From assembly GCA_010909165.1 (NCBI GenBank), contig MU008165.1:744001-808000 (forward strand): a DNA stretch of 64,000 nucleotides, in the 5' to 3' direction. Positions 12,700-24,699 of this stretch are shown piece by piece. This DNA comes from Anthoceros angustus. Taxonomy: Eukaryota; Plantae; Anthocerotophyta. The translations under genes and the position numbers were made by a program. Every line of letters starts with the position of its first letter. Position 1 is the first letter of the stretch. Below the pieces are notes generated by a model. That model was not told where the DNA came from and ran no database searches. It worked only from the letters and a program-made list of their open reading frames with translations.

Positions 12700-13430
12700 A
12701 GAAAGTTAGAAAAGAGAAATGCCAAAACCACGAAAGACAAGCGTGGCAGTAGTGAAAACTACGAAGTGCGAAGGTGAAAACTACGAAAGAGAGAAAAAAG
12801 ACTTCTAACTTGGTTGCACAAGGCAACAATTCTAAAGATGCGCAGGACCTCGGCTCATACCGGTGCGAAGTCGTGGCAGCGTCTCGGCTGACCTCGGCGC
12901 TCCCTTCGCCCGAGGCGAGCGGCTCGTCGGGCACGGCCCTGAAACGGTCTCGGCCTAGCGGCCTCGACCGTTCTCGTATAACCTTCGGCGTCCGTTCTAA
13001 TGTCTTCTTGACTCTGCGCTCGCTGTCACAAGCAGAGTCCTTCTCCCGGAGAATTGTCTCATCAATGTAGTGTGTGTGCGCAATTGAGCGATCTCCTCAA
13101 ACGTAAGGTGAAGATTAGAATCCGCGGTACGCTTTGTGACTTGGCCATCTCGATTTCCCTCCGCTGCTCCTTTGTACTCACCTTTGACCAGCAGGATCCA
13201 CGAGTTCGAGGGCGCATCCTGTTTGTCCGGGCTCGTTGCTTATGAAAGAATGCTCACAGATTGGAACAAGTGGCTCGAACTTTGGTGTGCATCCACTCCA
13301 CGCAGCTCCTTTGCGTGCACTGCCTTCTTCCTTTTGGTCTCTTACGGCGTTTTGGTTTTGTCTACATGCGGGGTTTCTTCTTCGATCACTGCCAATTCCT
13401 TCTTCTTGCGCCCACTTGCCATAGCTGCTG
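12700..13430 (-). pseudogene. ORF 'Z': ~240-codon minus-strand frame with two internal stops, unknown function
   Basis: Frame reads MASGRKKELAVIEEETPHVDK...LTFEEIAQLRTHYIDETILREKDS...PDEPLASGEGSAEV and joins the listed ORF 12689-12934. A GC-rich promoter-like stretch lies at 13540-13700. Confidence 0.35.
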
Positions 13431-13849
13431 CACAGAAGCAGCGGTTGATTACGGTGACTACGGTTCTCCCTCAATGCAAAAAGGAGGTGAGGATGCCGCA
13501 GCACTTTGCGAAGTCACCCAGCGGCGCAATTGACAAAAATCTGACAAGCGGCGTGGGCGGGCCGTCCGGCGTTCCGGAAGTGGGCGCAACTCGCGAGGCT
13601 TGGTGAACGGTGTAGTCCGTGATGGGCGCTCCATTACGGTAAGGTTGAGGCCTAAAAGGTCGGGGCGGGGTTAAAAGCTGCGAGCGGTGATGGCCGCCAC
13701 GCGTTTAGGGTGTCCATTTTTACGGGAACCTAATTTTCGGCACCGCTTGCTTTGCCATGGTTTCGTAAAGCAGGTGCCCATGTTTTCCAGGCGTGGTGTT
13801 ACGTACTGCCTACATTAAATGATTCCGATACCAGCAGCAAAAGCATGAC

Positions 13850-14860
13850 ATTTATGTCACTTGACAAATGGCCGGCGTGGGATCCGACACTTGATAGGTA
13901 GATCTTCTCCAACGGTGAATGCTGGAAATATTCGGCTGAGCATCCGGTACTTGTTCTCCGATGTCTCATACTAATTTGCCCTCCTCCTTGTTTGTTGCTC
14001 TGGTTGGGTGGCTCGTTCGCGTTCGCGAGGCGTGAACGTCACACCATGCTCCACTCCACCCATACCGATGAGGATCTGAGGTAGCTTCAAAGCGATTGCT
14101 GCTCCTTCAATGTAGTTTGTATCCATTGGAGTCGTTGTTCGTAGTGGGTGTCATGCGGATCGGCAGTGCGGATGGGAGGAACTTGTCCATCTTGGTAATG
14201 TCTTGCACTCAACACGCATGCAGGCGAAAGGAGCATCCGGTGATCTATTTCCCATAAGCTTGCAAACTTTGCGAGCGGTAGGCGACCACATTCGAAGTGC
14301 TCTTTGTTGAAAAGCTACATGTTTCATAATTAAATGCGTGCGACCGGATGTTTTCCCTGTAAAATCAGCGGGGCATGCGGGTTTGCAATGGTAATCATCG
14401 CTGTCGGGCTGGATGACGATGAGCTTCACCTTATTGGCAAACATGCTTGCGAGCTCGAGTGCGAAGGACTCATCACCGCGTGCACCCCCTATGTGCCACC
14501 GGCCTCGGAACTTGAACTTGTATGCGGCTATGGAACTTAGCCCCAAAGCCACGAGGAGATGCCGCCCGCCCTCAGAAGTGAGCCATCAACGGGCAATGAG
14601 AGGTCTCTTTCGCCCTCCGTGTGTAGTTTTGGGTGCATCGGGGGAGCCGGATATTGTTGGCGACGACAACGTTCCCCACCCTCGATTCACCTCACGGGCT
14701 GCGGTGTACATATCATCCGAAGCCAATGGCCAGACATTGCGCCCTATGACGAGCTTGCGTTTCGTGAGAGCGGACGGGCGTCACGGCGAGCAGTCGGCCG
14801 TGAGGCGAGACAGTTCTAGGCGTCGCCCGGCAGCGTCCGTTCCACTGGCGTGGGAGGCGG
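13850..14860 (-). pseudogene. ORF 'P' copy 1, unknown function, frameshifted
   Basis: ORF 14151-14552 (KFKFRGRWHIGGAR...KVKLIVIQPDSDDYHCKPACP...MKHVAFQQRAL); the same peptide recurs in copies 2 and 3. Confidence 0.42.
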
Positions 14861-15055
14861 TAAGTGCAGGGGCGAGGCGTGCGCTCATTGCGGGAGGCGG
14901 GGCCGAGATGCAGTAACTGGGCGGGTGCCTATACCACCCGGCTTATATGTCATTTCTCTCTCTCTTACGATCTTCCACCTTACTGTCATTTTGTTTTTTT
15001 AATCCTTTTACACAATAAAAGGATTATCATCATCCTTGTCGTAATTAGGCTCTAA

Positions 15056-15620
15056 TCAAAATAGTTTTGGTTAAATCACACATATTCTATTGGAGTAGAT
15101 GGAGTGTAATATGGTTACGTTGTCTTCTCTTGAATAGTACTTTTTGAGCTGCTGATTGTATGGTCCGGATAAATGTATAATCATTTTGAATATTTCATCA
15201 AGCGAGAATATTTACGCAATTTAAACCATTGTCGAATTCATATATAAAACTTATCTATTTTTAACTTTAGTACTCACCTCAAAGAGTGAAAACAACTCGT
15301 TTTGATTCTCCGATAACTACAAACAAAAAGTAAAAGTAATTAGTCATTTACCTCCATTTCAATTCGGAGAAGATCTTTCTTTGCATATACCTTTTCGACA
15401 AGCGTTAAACACGTCTTTGTGAAGATTCCCCACCTGCGGAAATGTGATCGTATGTTACGAAGAAACATAAACATTAGAATTTTCTTGGAATGCTTACCTT
15501 TCAAGATGTACCTTTTGAATATTTCTTCCATGAGAGACAACAAGTCTCGTTTTCAACTCCTTATTTTCAATTGCTGCCCCTATCTACGCATTCAATGCAT
15601 AAATTACATTACATAGAATT
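15056..15620 (-). pseudogene. Gene Q, 3' fragment (duplicated)
   Basis: ORF 15340-15543 'CLTLVEKVYAKKDLLRIEMEV' is homologous to left-copy 'CLTLVRKVFEQDLLRLEME' (~12390-12446). Confidence 0.5.
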
Positions 15621-16660
15621 ATATGTCCGCCAAATGGCGTCGGATCCGACACTTGATAGGTAGATCTTCTCCAATGAATGCTGGAAATATTACTAAGGCA
15701 TCCGGTAGCATTCTCCGATGTCTCTTACTAATTTGCCCTCCTCCTTGTTTGTTGCTCGGTTTGGTGGCTCGAAACGTGCGGCCACATGGCCCATGCTCCA
15801 CTCCACCCATACCGGCTGAGGAGAGGTAGCTTCAGGCGATTACTGCTCCTTCAATGTAGTTGTATCCATTTTGCGTTGTTCACGGCCGTGGGTGTCATGC
15901 GGATCGGAGTGCGAGATGGGAGGAACTTGTCCGCATCGGTAATGTCTTGCATTCCAAGCGACACCGCATGCGAAAGGAGCATCCGATCTATTTCCCATAA
16001 GCGCTTGCAAACTTTGCCAGGCAGTAAGGGAGCGACCACATTCGAAGTGCTCTTTGTTGAAAAGCTCTGTGTTTCATAATTCGTGCGACTGTTCCGGATG
16101 TTTTCCTAGCAACTGTTCCCGTCACTGGGGCATGCGGGTTTGCAATGGTAATCATCGCCTGTCTGGCTGGATGACGATGAGCTTCACCTTGTATTCAGCA
16201 AACTTGCTTTCGAGTGAAGGACTCATCACCATTCGCGTGCACCCCCTATGTGCCACCGGCCTCGGAACTTGAACTATGCGGCTATGGAATCCAAAGCCAC
16301 GAGGAGATGCCGCCCTCGAGTGAGCCATCAACGGGCAATGAGAGGTCTCTTTGCCCTCCGTGTAGTTTTGGGTGCATCGGGAGCGGATATTGTTGGCGGC
16401 GACACGTTCCCACCCTCCCGATTCACCTCACGGGCTGCGGTGTACATATCATCCAAGCCAATGTCGGAGACATTGCGACTGAGCGAGCTTGCGTTTCGTA
16501 TTAGGGCCGGACGGCGGGCGTCACGGCCGAGAAACGGTCGGTGAGGCCGGGAGGCCGTCGCCTGCGTCCGTTCCTAAGCGTAAAGGGCGGCGAGTGCGGG
16601 CGAGCGTGCCTCATTGCGAGCCGGCGGGAGGCGGGAGTCTGCTATATAGGTGGTGCCTAT
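15620..16660 (-). pseudogene. ORF 'P' copy 2 with upstream TATA-like CCTATATAG (minus strand, ~16645)
   Basis: ORF 15851-16039 'LWEIDRMLLSHAVSLGMQDITDADKFLPSRTPIRMTPTAVNNAKWIQLH' is shared with copy 3 (18212-18439). Confidence 0.42.
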
Positions 16661-16759
16661 ACCACCCGGCTTATATGTCATTTCTCTCTCTCTTCTGATA
16701 ACTTCCCTTCACTCATCATTTTTGTTTTTCAATCCTTTTACACAATAAAAGGATTATCT

Positions 16760-18100
16760 TAAATCCTTATCGTAATTAGGCTCTAATCAAAATAGTTTTG
16801 GTTAAATCACACATATTCTATTGGAGTAGATGGAGTGTAAAATGGTTCGGTTGTGTCTCTCTTGAATAGTACTTTTGAGCTGCTGATTGTATGGTCCGGA
16901 TAAATGTATAATCATTTCGAATATTTCATCAAGCGAGAATATTTACGCAATTTAAACCATTGTCGAATTCATATATAAAACTTATCTATTTTTAACTTTA
17001 GTACTCACCTCAAAGAGTGAAAACAACTCGTTTTGATTCTTGATAACTACAAACAAAAAGTAAGTAATTAGTCATTTACCTCCATTTCAATTCGGAGAAG
17101 ATCTTTCTTTGCATATACCTTTTCGACAAGCGTTAAACACGTCTTTGAAGATTCCCCACCTGCGGAAATGTGATCGTATGTTACGAAGAAACATAAACAT
17201 TAGAATTTTCTTGGAATGCAAGCGGATATTACCTTTCAAGCGATGTACCTTTTGAATATTTTTAGTTGTCTCGGTTCTTCCATGAGAGACAACAAGTCTG
17301 TTTTCAACTCCTTATTTTCAATTGCTTTATCTACGCATTCAATGCATCTGAATTACATTACATAGAATTATATGTAATGAAAATAATAGAGAAAAGAGTT
17401 ATCGCGCTTACTTGCTTGGATCATGCATCTTGCTTTCGAATGTTGGGTTGGACCCATCTTCATTCAAGATGGGCTGTACTTGCTCTTTTAGACTATGCTC
17501 CCAAATTCGAATACTTATCTTTAAAGTCTTGAAAAGTGGTGGATATTGAAAATTGCTCATCCACTTTCCAAACTCGGTGAACTCAAGTGACGTAAGTTGG
17601 TCCATCCTCCTGAAGTCATCAATTTTCTCTTTTTGCACGATCAAAACCAAAATCATTACTTTCTTAAACCAAAATCATATTAATCCAAATTATATACATT
17701 ATACATTTTGTATACGATTGGAGATGGCTGCGTTGTCAATGTTGTTGTCAATCTTATCGACTTTGTCCTTTATATTTTTGCGGCTTGTTTTCCGGCGTAA
17801 TGCCAGTTATAAGAAGGTAAATGTGAAGCAAAGAAAAGGTATGAATGTAATTTGATTACCTCATCTTGCTGGATTGAACTTTGATATCCCTCAACATTGT
17901 TTGCATTGAAATCGGTGTCCATTAAACCTTTCCACAAGTGTGCGTTTCTCAATTGAAAATTTGTTCAAGGTTCTTTTTGATATCCTGCGAGATAAATTTA
18001 GGGTTAAGATTTTGGATTTGAGCATAATTAGATCAAGTTTATGAAATTAAAAGTGCTTACCTTCTTTATCTTATTCAATCGGGCATCTATAAAGATGCTT
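16760..18100 (-). pseudogene. Gene Q, partial duplicate (middle and 3' exons)
   Basis: ORFs 17408-17656 and 17770-17952; minus-strand donors seen as CTTACC/TTACC/ACTCAC on the plus strand. Confidence 0.55.
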
Positions 18101-18104
18101 AAGG

Positions 18105-18900
18105 TCTTGTTTGTTGCTCGGTTTGGTGGCTCGAAACGTGCGGCCACATGGCCCATGCTCCACTCCACCCATACCGGCTGAGGAGAGGTAGCTTCAGGCG
18201 ATTACGCTCCTTCAATGTAGTTGTATCCATTTTGCGTTGTTCACGGCCGTGGGTGTCATGCGGATCGGAGTGCGAGATGGGAGGAACTTGTCCGCATCGG
18301 TAATGTCTTGCATTCCAAGCGACACCATGCCTGAAAGGAGCATCCAGCGATCTATTTCCCATAAGCGCTCAAACTTTGCACCAGCGGTAAGGAGGCGACC
18401 ACATTCAAGTGCTCTTTGTTGAAAAGCTACCTGTTTCATAATTCGATAAATTTATTCGGATGTTTTTCCTAGCAACTGCGTCAAAGGGCATGCGGGTTTG
18501 CAATGGTAATCGCTGCTTTATGGCGGATGATGAGCTTCACCTTGTATTCAAATAAACTTGCAGGCCAGTGAAGGACTCATCACCATTCGCGTACCCCTAT
18601 GTGCCACCGGCCTGAACTTGAACTTGGCGCTATGGAACAGCCCCAAAGCCACGAGGAGATGCCGCCATGCAGTAGCCATCAACGGGCAATGAGAGGTCTC
18701 TTTACAGCCCTCCGTGTAGTTTTGGGTGCGAGGATATTGTTGGCGGCGACAACGTTTCCCACCCTCCCGGTTCACCTCACGGGAGCAGTGCATATCATCC
18801 CCAATGCCGAGACATTGCGACTGTAATGACTTCGTGGTATTAGAGCGGACGCGGAGGCGTCACGGCGAGCAGTCGTGGTGAGGCGTGGACCGTCGCACGC
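18105..18900 (-). pseudogene. ORF 'P' copy 3 (3'-truncated)
   Basis: ORFs 18212-18439 and 18548-18793 (RHLLVALGLFHSAKFKFRPVAHRG). Confidence 0.42.
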
Positions 18901-19059
18901 GTCCGTTCAGCGTAGGGAGGCGGCGAGTAGGCCGAGCGCTCATTCGGCAGGCGGGCGGGAGTCTGTGAAGTATAGACTGGTGCCTACCACCCGGCTTATG
19001 TCATTTCTCTCTCTCTGATCTTCGCCTTGTCATTTTTGTTTTTCCAATCCTTTTACACA

Positions 19060-20960
19060 ATAAAAGGATTATCTTAAATCCTTTTGTCGTAATTAGGGTG
19101 TAATCAAAATAGTTTTGGTTAAATTCACACATATTCTATTGGAGTAGATGGAGTGTAAAATGGTTCGTTGTCTTCTCTTGAATAGTACTTTTTAGCTGCT
19201 TTTGTATGGTCCGATAAATGTATAATCATTTGAATATTTCATCAAGCGAGAATATTTACAATTTAAACCATTGTAATTTCATATAAAACTTATCTATTTT
19301 TAACTTTAGTACTCACCTCAAAGAGTGAAAACAACTCGTTTTGATTCTCATAACTACAAACAAAAAGTAAAAGTAATTAGTCATTTACCTCCATTTCAAT
19401 TCGGAGAAGATCTTTCTTTGCATATACCTTTTAGACAAGCGTTAAACACGTCTTTGTGAAGATTCCCCACTGCGGAAATGTGATCGTATGTTACGAAGAA
19501 ACATAAACATTAGAATTTTTTGGAATGCAAGCGGATATTACCTTTCAAGCGATGTACCTTTTGAATATTTTCGTTGTCTCCGGTTCTTCCATGAGAGACA
19601 ACAAGTGCATCGTTTTCAACTCCTTATTTTCAATTGCTGCTATCTACGCATTCAATGCATACGAATTACATTACATAGAATTGTAATGAAAATAATAGAG
19701 AAAAGAAAGTTATTTGACTTACTTGCTTGGATCATCTGTCTTTGCTTTCGAATGTTGGGTTGGACCCATCTTCATTCAAGATGAATGTACTTGCTCTTTT
19801 AGACTATGCTCCCAAATTGCGGCATACTTAGTTTTAAAGTCTTGAAAAGTGGTGGATATTGAAAATTGCTCATCCACTTTCCAAACTCGGTGAACTCAAG
19901 TGACCCGTAAGTTGGTCCATCCTCCTTGAAGTCATCAATTTTCTCTTTTTGCACGATCAAAACCAAAATCATTACTTTCTTAAACCAAAATCATATTAAT
20001 CCAAATTATACATACATTTTGTATACACGATTGGAGATGGCTTGTCAATGTTGTTGTCAATCTCATCGACTTTGTCCTTTATATTTTTGACTTGTTTTCC
20101 GGCGTACGTAGTTATAGAAGGTAAATGTGAAGACAAAGAAGGTATGAATGTAATTTGATTACCTCGATCTTGCTGGATTGAACTTTGATATCCCTCAACA
20201 TTGTTTGCATTGAAAATCGGTGTCCATTAAACCTTTCCACAAGTGTATCGTTTCGGCTCAATTGTTGTTGAAGGTTCTTTTTGATATCCTGAGAGATAAA
20301 TTTAGGGTTAAGATTTTGGATTTGAGCATACTTAGATGAAGTTTATGAAATTAAGAGCATTGCTTACCTTCTTTATCTTATTCAAGCTGGCGGGCATCTC
20401 GCAAAGATGCTTAAGGTCTTGTTTGTCCATGAGAGAACATTGTGTGCTCATGAGGCGCAACCCGGGTTTTGTTAGACTCGACCGAGAACATACAGGACTA
20501 ACAATCATTTTTCACGAATACCTTTTCTCGATCTTTCTTATCTCCGGTGGTGGTTCAAACTGCGTTAGCGTCATATCTGGATCCCCATGGGTGGGAAGTA
20601 ATTTGTAGTGGCGCTCACGGTGGCGTCATGTAGTTCTTGTCTGCGGGGGTTGACACAATAAATATTAGTAAAAGTAAAAGCAAAGTAAAAACGTAAATCA
20701 ACAAGTACCTTCTTGGATTTGAAAATCGTTATTGCTTTGTTTCGATTCCATCACATTCAAAGCGAAAGCCATCGAACATGATCAAGTCAAACGCATCAAC
20801 GCGTCGGCGTCAAAAACACAAGGCGCGCCGCGCGCAAAAGCGACATTGAGCAAGGCATTGCTTACGTCCACGAAGCGTTGCTTCACGAAACCAATTGTTC
20901 GTGATCACGCATCAATTTTGTTAAAAATGTTCACCAATCATAAAATAGAAGGAAGCAATA
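19060..20960 (-). pseudogene. Gene Q, most complete right-arm copy
   Basis: Continues 5' past the duplication junction. TTCCCACCCATGGGGATCC and the donor context CCAAGAAG|GT are shared with the left copy (11226, 11103). Confidence 0.55.
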
Positions 20961-21504
20961 AGCGCGAATATGTTTTCAAGACACGCACACAGATTGCATG
21001 CATGTTTTTACGAGGATAGCAAAGTTTTGGCTGACTCAAAGATCGAGACTCTTTTGCACAGACCCCTTACCTTTGCTTTACCCAACAATAGTTTCCCAGT
21101 AAGCCCAACCCTCCGGACACGTCGTTGAAATAAACCATAGAATTATTGAGACGTGCACACTAGGATGGCGCCTTCTTGCGTGACCTTTGCTTGAATTCTG
21201 GAGGAGGAGAGGGCGTGAGTTTATTAAGTGCATGACAAATGTAACACATTGAAAACACTAGCCATCAAAGACTCCATGCGGTTTACCAATCATGCCCAAC
21301 AAATGAGACCAATTTAGATTTACAAACTGGTCCTTTTCGGCATGTAGAAACTTGAGAGTAACCCTCGGCAACACGAAAAAAGGCTTGACGCGTGTAATTA
21401 TGGCAAAAGCAGAAGAGCCTCTCGGCTTACACCTCGGGTAAGCAACCGGTGGAACCCCTACGATCGGATGCACATCGAGACCGCGAAGGAAGAGGATACT
21501 TTCA

Positions 21505-22375
21505 GGACAAACCAGTGAGAAAAGAATAGTGAAACAATGTGAGAAAACAAAAGAGCAACATTAGTAACTCACGGTCACTCGGTAGCGTGCAGGACACAGA
21601 AACAAGCATGTGACGGGCAGGTGGAACAAAGGAGCACCACAACCCACAAGAGAACATTTCCGGCTAACTCCTTGGCGGTGCAAAGGCACAGCGGTCGGAT
21701 CGGACCAAAAGTGGCGGGGCGGAGAGGACGATGTGGGTCGGTGGGCTCAATAGCCACGTGGACGTGAAGGCGTGACACCATAAGAGGCGTGCGTGAGTTC
21801 GAAGGGGAGTCAAAAACCTGAAGTGATGGCTGAATCAACGGAAAGGAGCGAAGGCGTGTGGGTTCTCGAGCTTGAGGTTCTCCAGCGTCGGTTGAGCTTG
21901 AACCCGCTCCCAAAAACTCGAGAAGTCGGGCGCAGCAGGCGGAGGACCCTGTGGATGCCTGAGTGAGAAAGGAAGAGGAGCCAGCGGGACAAACCAGTGA
22001 GAAAAGAATAGTGAAACATTGGAGCAAAACTAGAGCAACATAGCAAGTAACTCTGGCTCGGCGGTAGTGATGAGACAGAGTGGCAGGCGGCAAAAGCACC
22101 ACAACCCACAAGAGGACATTTCAACTCCTGGCGGTGCAAGGCTAAGCGTGGTGGATGGCCAGCGGAAGGCGGGCGGTGTGGGTGTGAAGCTCAATAACGG
22201 TGGACGTGCTGCCCAAGGCGTGACACCATACAGGCGGGTATGAGTTGAAGCGTCAAAAACCGGTGATCTGAATCAAGAGCACGGCGTCAAGGGTTCTGAT
22301 TCGGTTCTCCAGCGTGGTTGGAGCTTGAACCCAGCTCCCTTCGTGAGGCTAAGGACCTTGATGGAATGCGGCGCC
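21505..22375. repeat. ~480-bp tandem duplication between gene Q and the recombinase
   Basis: GGACAAACCAGTGAGAAAAGAATAGTGAAACA at 21505 and 21987; GGTTCTCCAGCGT.GTTG.AGCTTGAACCC at about 21877 and 22303. Confidence 0.85.
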
Positions 22376-24699
22376 ATAGCGAGCGAGATTGGCTCCAGGC
22401 GTTTAGCGCCATAGCGTAGAGATGGGCGGTGTGGAAGGAAGCGGCTTGAGATGCGTCGTGGGAGAAGGGTAGGATCGGCAATAGTTATGTTGTTTAAGTA
22501 GGCCTTAAGGGTTCTTTCTTCTTTGTGCGGCCAGGATGTCGGGCTTGATAGCCTTTGAGGTTCGGAGGCTAGGTTTGGAGGGTCAGCTAGGTTTGGAAGT
22601 AGGCGGCGTTGGCCATCGTGTTCCAGGTAGGTTTGGTATTGAGTTCGAAGTCTAGGTTTGGAAATTTTGAATTAGGTTTGGTGTCGCGAGAAACCTAGGA
22701 TTTCAGTCTAGGTTCTGTTCACTTTTAGCCATTCTTTTCCGCTCTGCTCGCTCTCCCTTAGGTTATTTGCTCATTGTTTGCCTTCTTTGTGGTTTCCGCC
22801 TTCTCTTGTTTGCTCTTGCTGGTGCTCTTGCGTTGTCTGTTGCCATGGTGGTTTGTTTTCACCAGAGTGCGTTCCGTGCGTTTTTGTTTTCTTCTGCGTT
22901 TGCTTACTTGATTTCCTCGTTTTTAAATATTTGTCTTTGTGTCTATGGCTTTACTTTTTTGCTGATTAGTGTCTGTGTTTGCCTTCTTTGTGGTTTCCGC
23001 CTTCTCTTTCTTTGTCATCGAAAACCTCTTACGCTCTTTCTTTGTATGTTTGTCGACCTTTGCTTTGCATTGTGGCGGCGCTCGTTTTGTCTTGGTTCCT
23101 TCTTCGTGTTGTGCTCGATTTCGCTCTAGTTCATGGTTTCCTTTTAGTATTTGTTGGCTTGTTATGTCATTTTGTATGACTAAGGCTATTGGTTGTCGTC
23201 TTGTCGTTGTTTATTTGCATGTGTTTTGGGGCATTGCTTCCTCGTATTAGGTTTGGAGTCGTTCATCGGTTTTCGTTTTCTCATCAGCGTGTATCCCTGT
23301 TCGTTGCCGATGGGAAATAATCAGGAGGAGGTGACCGTGGGAAGACAATGTGCTCGGTTTTGGTAACTTTGTATCCGAGGTTTATCGCTTGCCGTTCTTT
23401 AGTGTTGCTCTCATTGTTTGTCTTTTCGCTTTGTTTGGTCGGTTCCATGTTATTCGTGTTTCTTGATGTTCCTCTTGCTTGTTGTCTTGGTATGTATTTA
23501 TTAGGCTACTTTACGGATATTCATAATGTTTATGGTCTTGGTGTGTGCACGTTGACAATTGGAGTTTGGTGTTGCGTTTGATTTTGGTTGAAGGCGATCA
23601 TGAATTTGGTAGGTGTGTTCTTACATCGTATACATTTATTTGAAGTAAACTTGGTGTCACTCATTGGAGTGTCAACTTGCGATGTCGTCGTCTTACTTAT
23701 TGTGTCTTCATCTATGTATTGGTGTTTTACTCAACCGTGTACCATAAGGTATGATCACTTTTCTGTTATGTTTTTCATTTCTTTGTGGATCGTCAAGGTT
23801 TCTAACTCTTTGTTTTACTCAACGATGTCATGTAGGAGGTGGCATGCACTTAAAGTTCTTATCACCCGTCACAATTTGTTCTTGTTAGCATATAGATAAC
23901 CTCATTTTGATTTTATCTGCTCATCTCTCTTAAGAGTCGTTCTTAGTTGACTTTTTACATTATTGTCGATAATTTGTTGTGTAGATTGCCCCGTTTGCTG
24001 TAGATTTGGTAATCAGCTTATGTGTAATAGTGTGCATTGAAAAGTGAATCTGGATTGGGCATGCTGTATTGTGTGCATGTCTTGGAGCTTAATCTTATAG
24101 ACCGGTTTTTATGTGCAGGTATTGAAGTGTGCAACGTTTCGGAGGGTTTGCCTCCGAACATCTTTGGATGTTTGATTCCAGTCTAGAAATATGTATTGTT
24201 GTGTGGCATGGATGAGCCTGTGTTGTCCAATGAGCAGTTGATTGTTTTACTTGTGTGGTCTGATGTATATGTTGTACATCTAGTGTTGTTTGTACGTCTA
24301 ACTCTTGTTGTACTTGAAAAAAGGGTTTTCACTTTATTTTTCCAATATGTGGTGTATTTTTAGACGTTCTATGTGTCATCCTTAAGAAAGTGGAAGGAAT
24401 AACAACTCTAACAATGTCTAGCCCCAAGTTGTGTTTTGGGGCCATATCCTCTCTTGTCTAGGCACGATAATCAACTTTTAGACCTTCCAGGTTCTCATCC
24501 GGGCCGGTTCAAGGCATGTGAGTTCTTTCTTTTCGTTTATCTCGTTATGTTGTTTGTACATCTCAACGTTGTTCGATGACTTCTCCGGTGTTGCGATGGC
24601 TCTAAAAGAAAACCCTCTGGGAAAAAGCGAGCACCTTTCAAGTCATGTCCAAGCCGTACACTCGACAACGTGTTAAAACAGCCATCGTTCACACCCACC

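Larger units (their letters stand above)
13850..20420. repeat. Tandem triplication of a P+Q block (units about 13850-15620, 15620-18100, 18105-20420)
   Basis: Near-identical passages recur, e.g. GGATCCGACACTTGATAGGTAGATCTTCTCCAA (13880, 15642) and CTCTAATCAAAATAGTTTTGGTTAAAT-type sequence (15051, 16781, 19100). Units differ in their start and end points and by many small indels. Confidence 0.92.
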
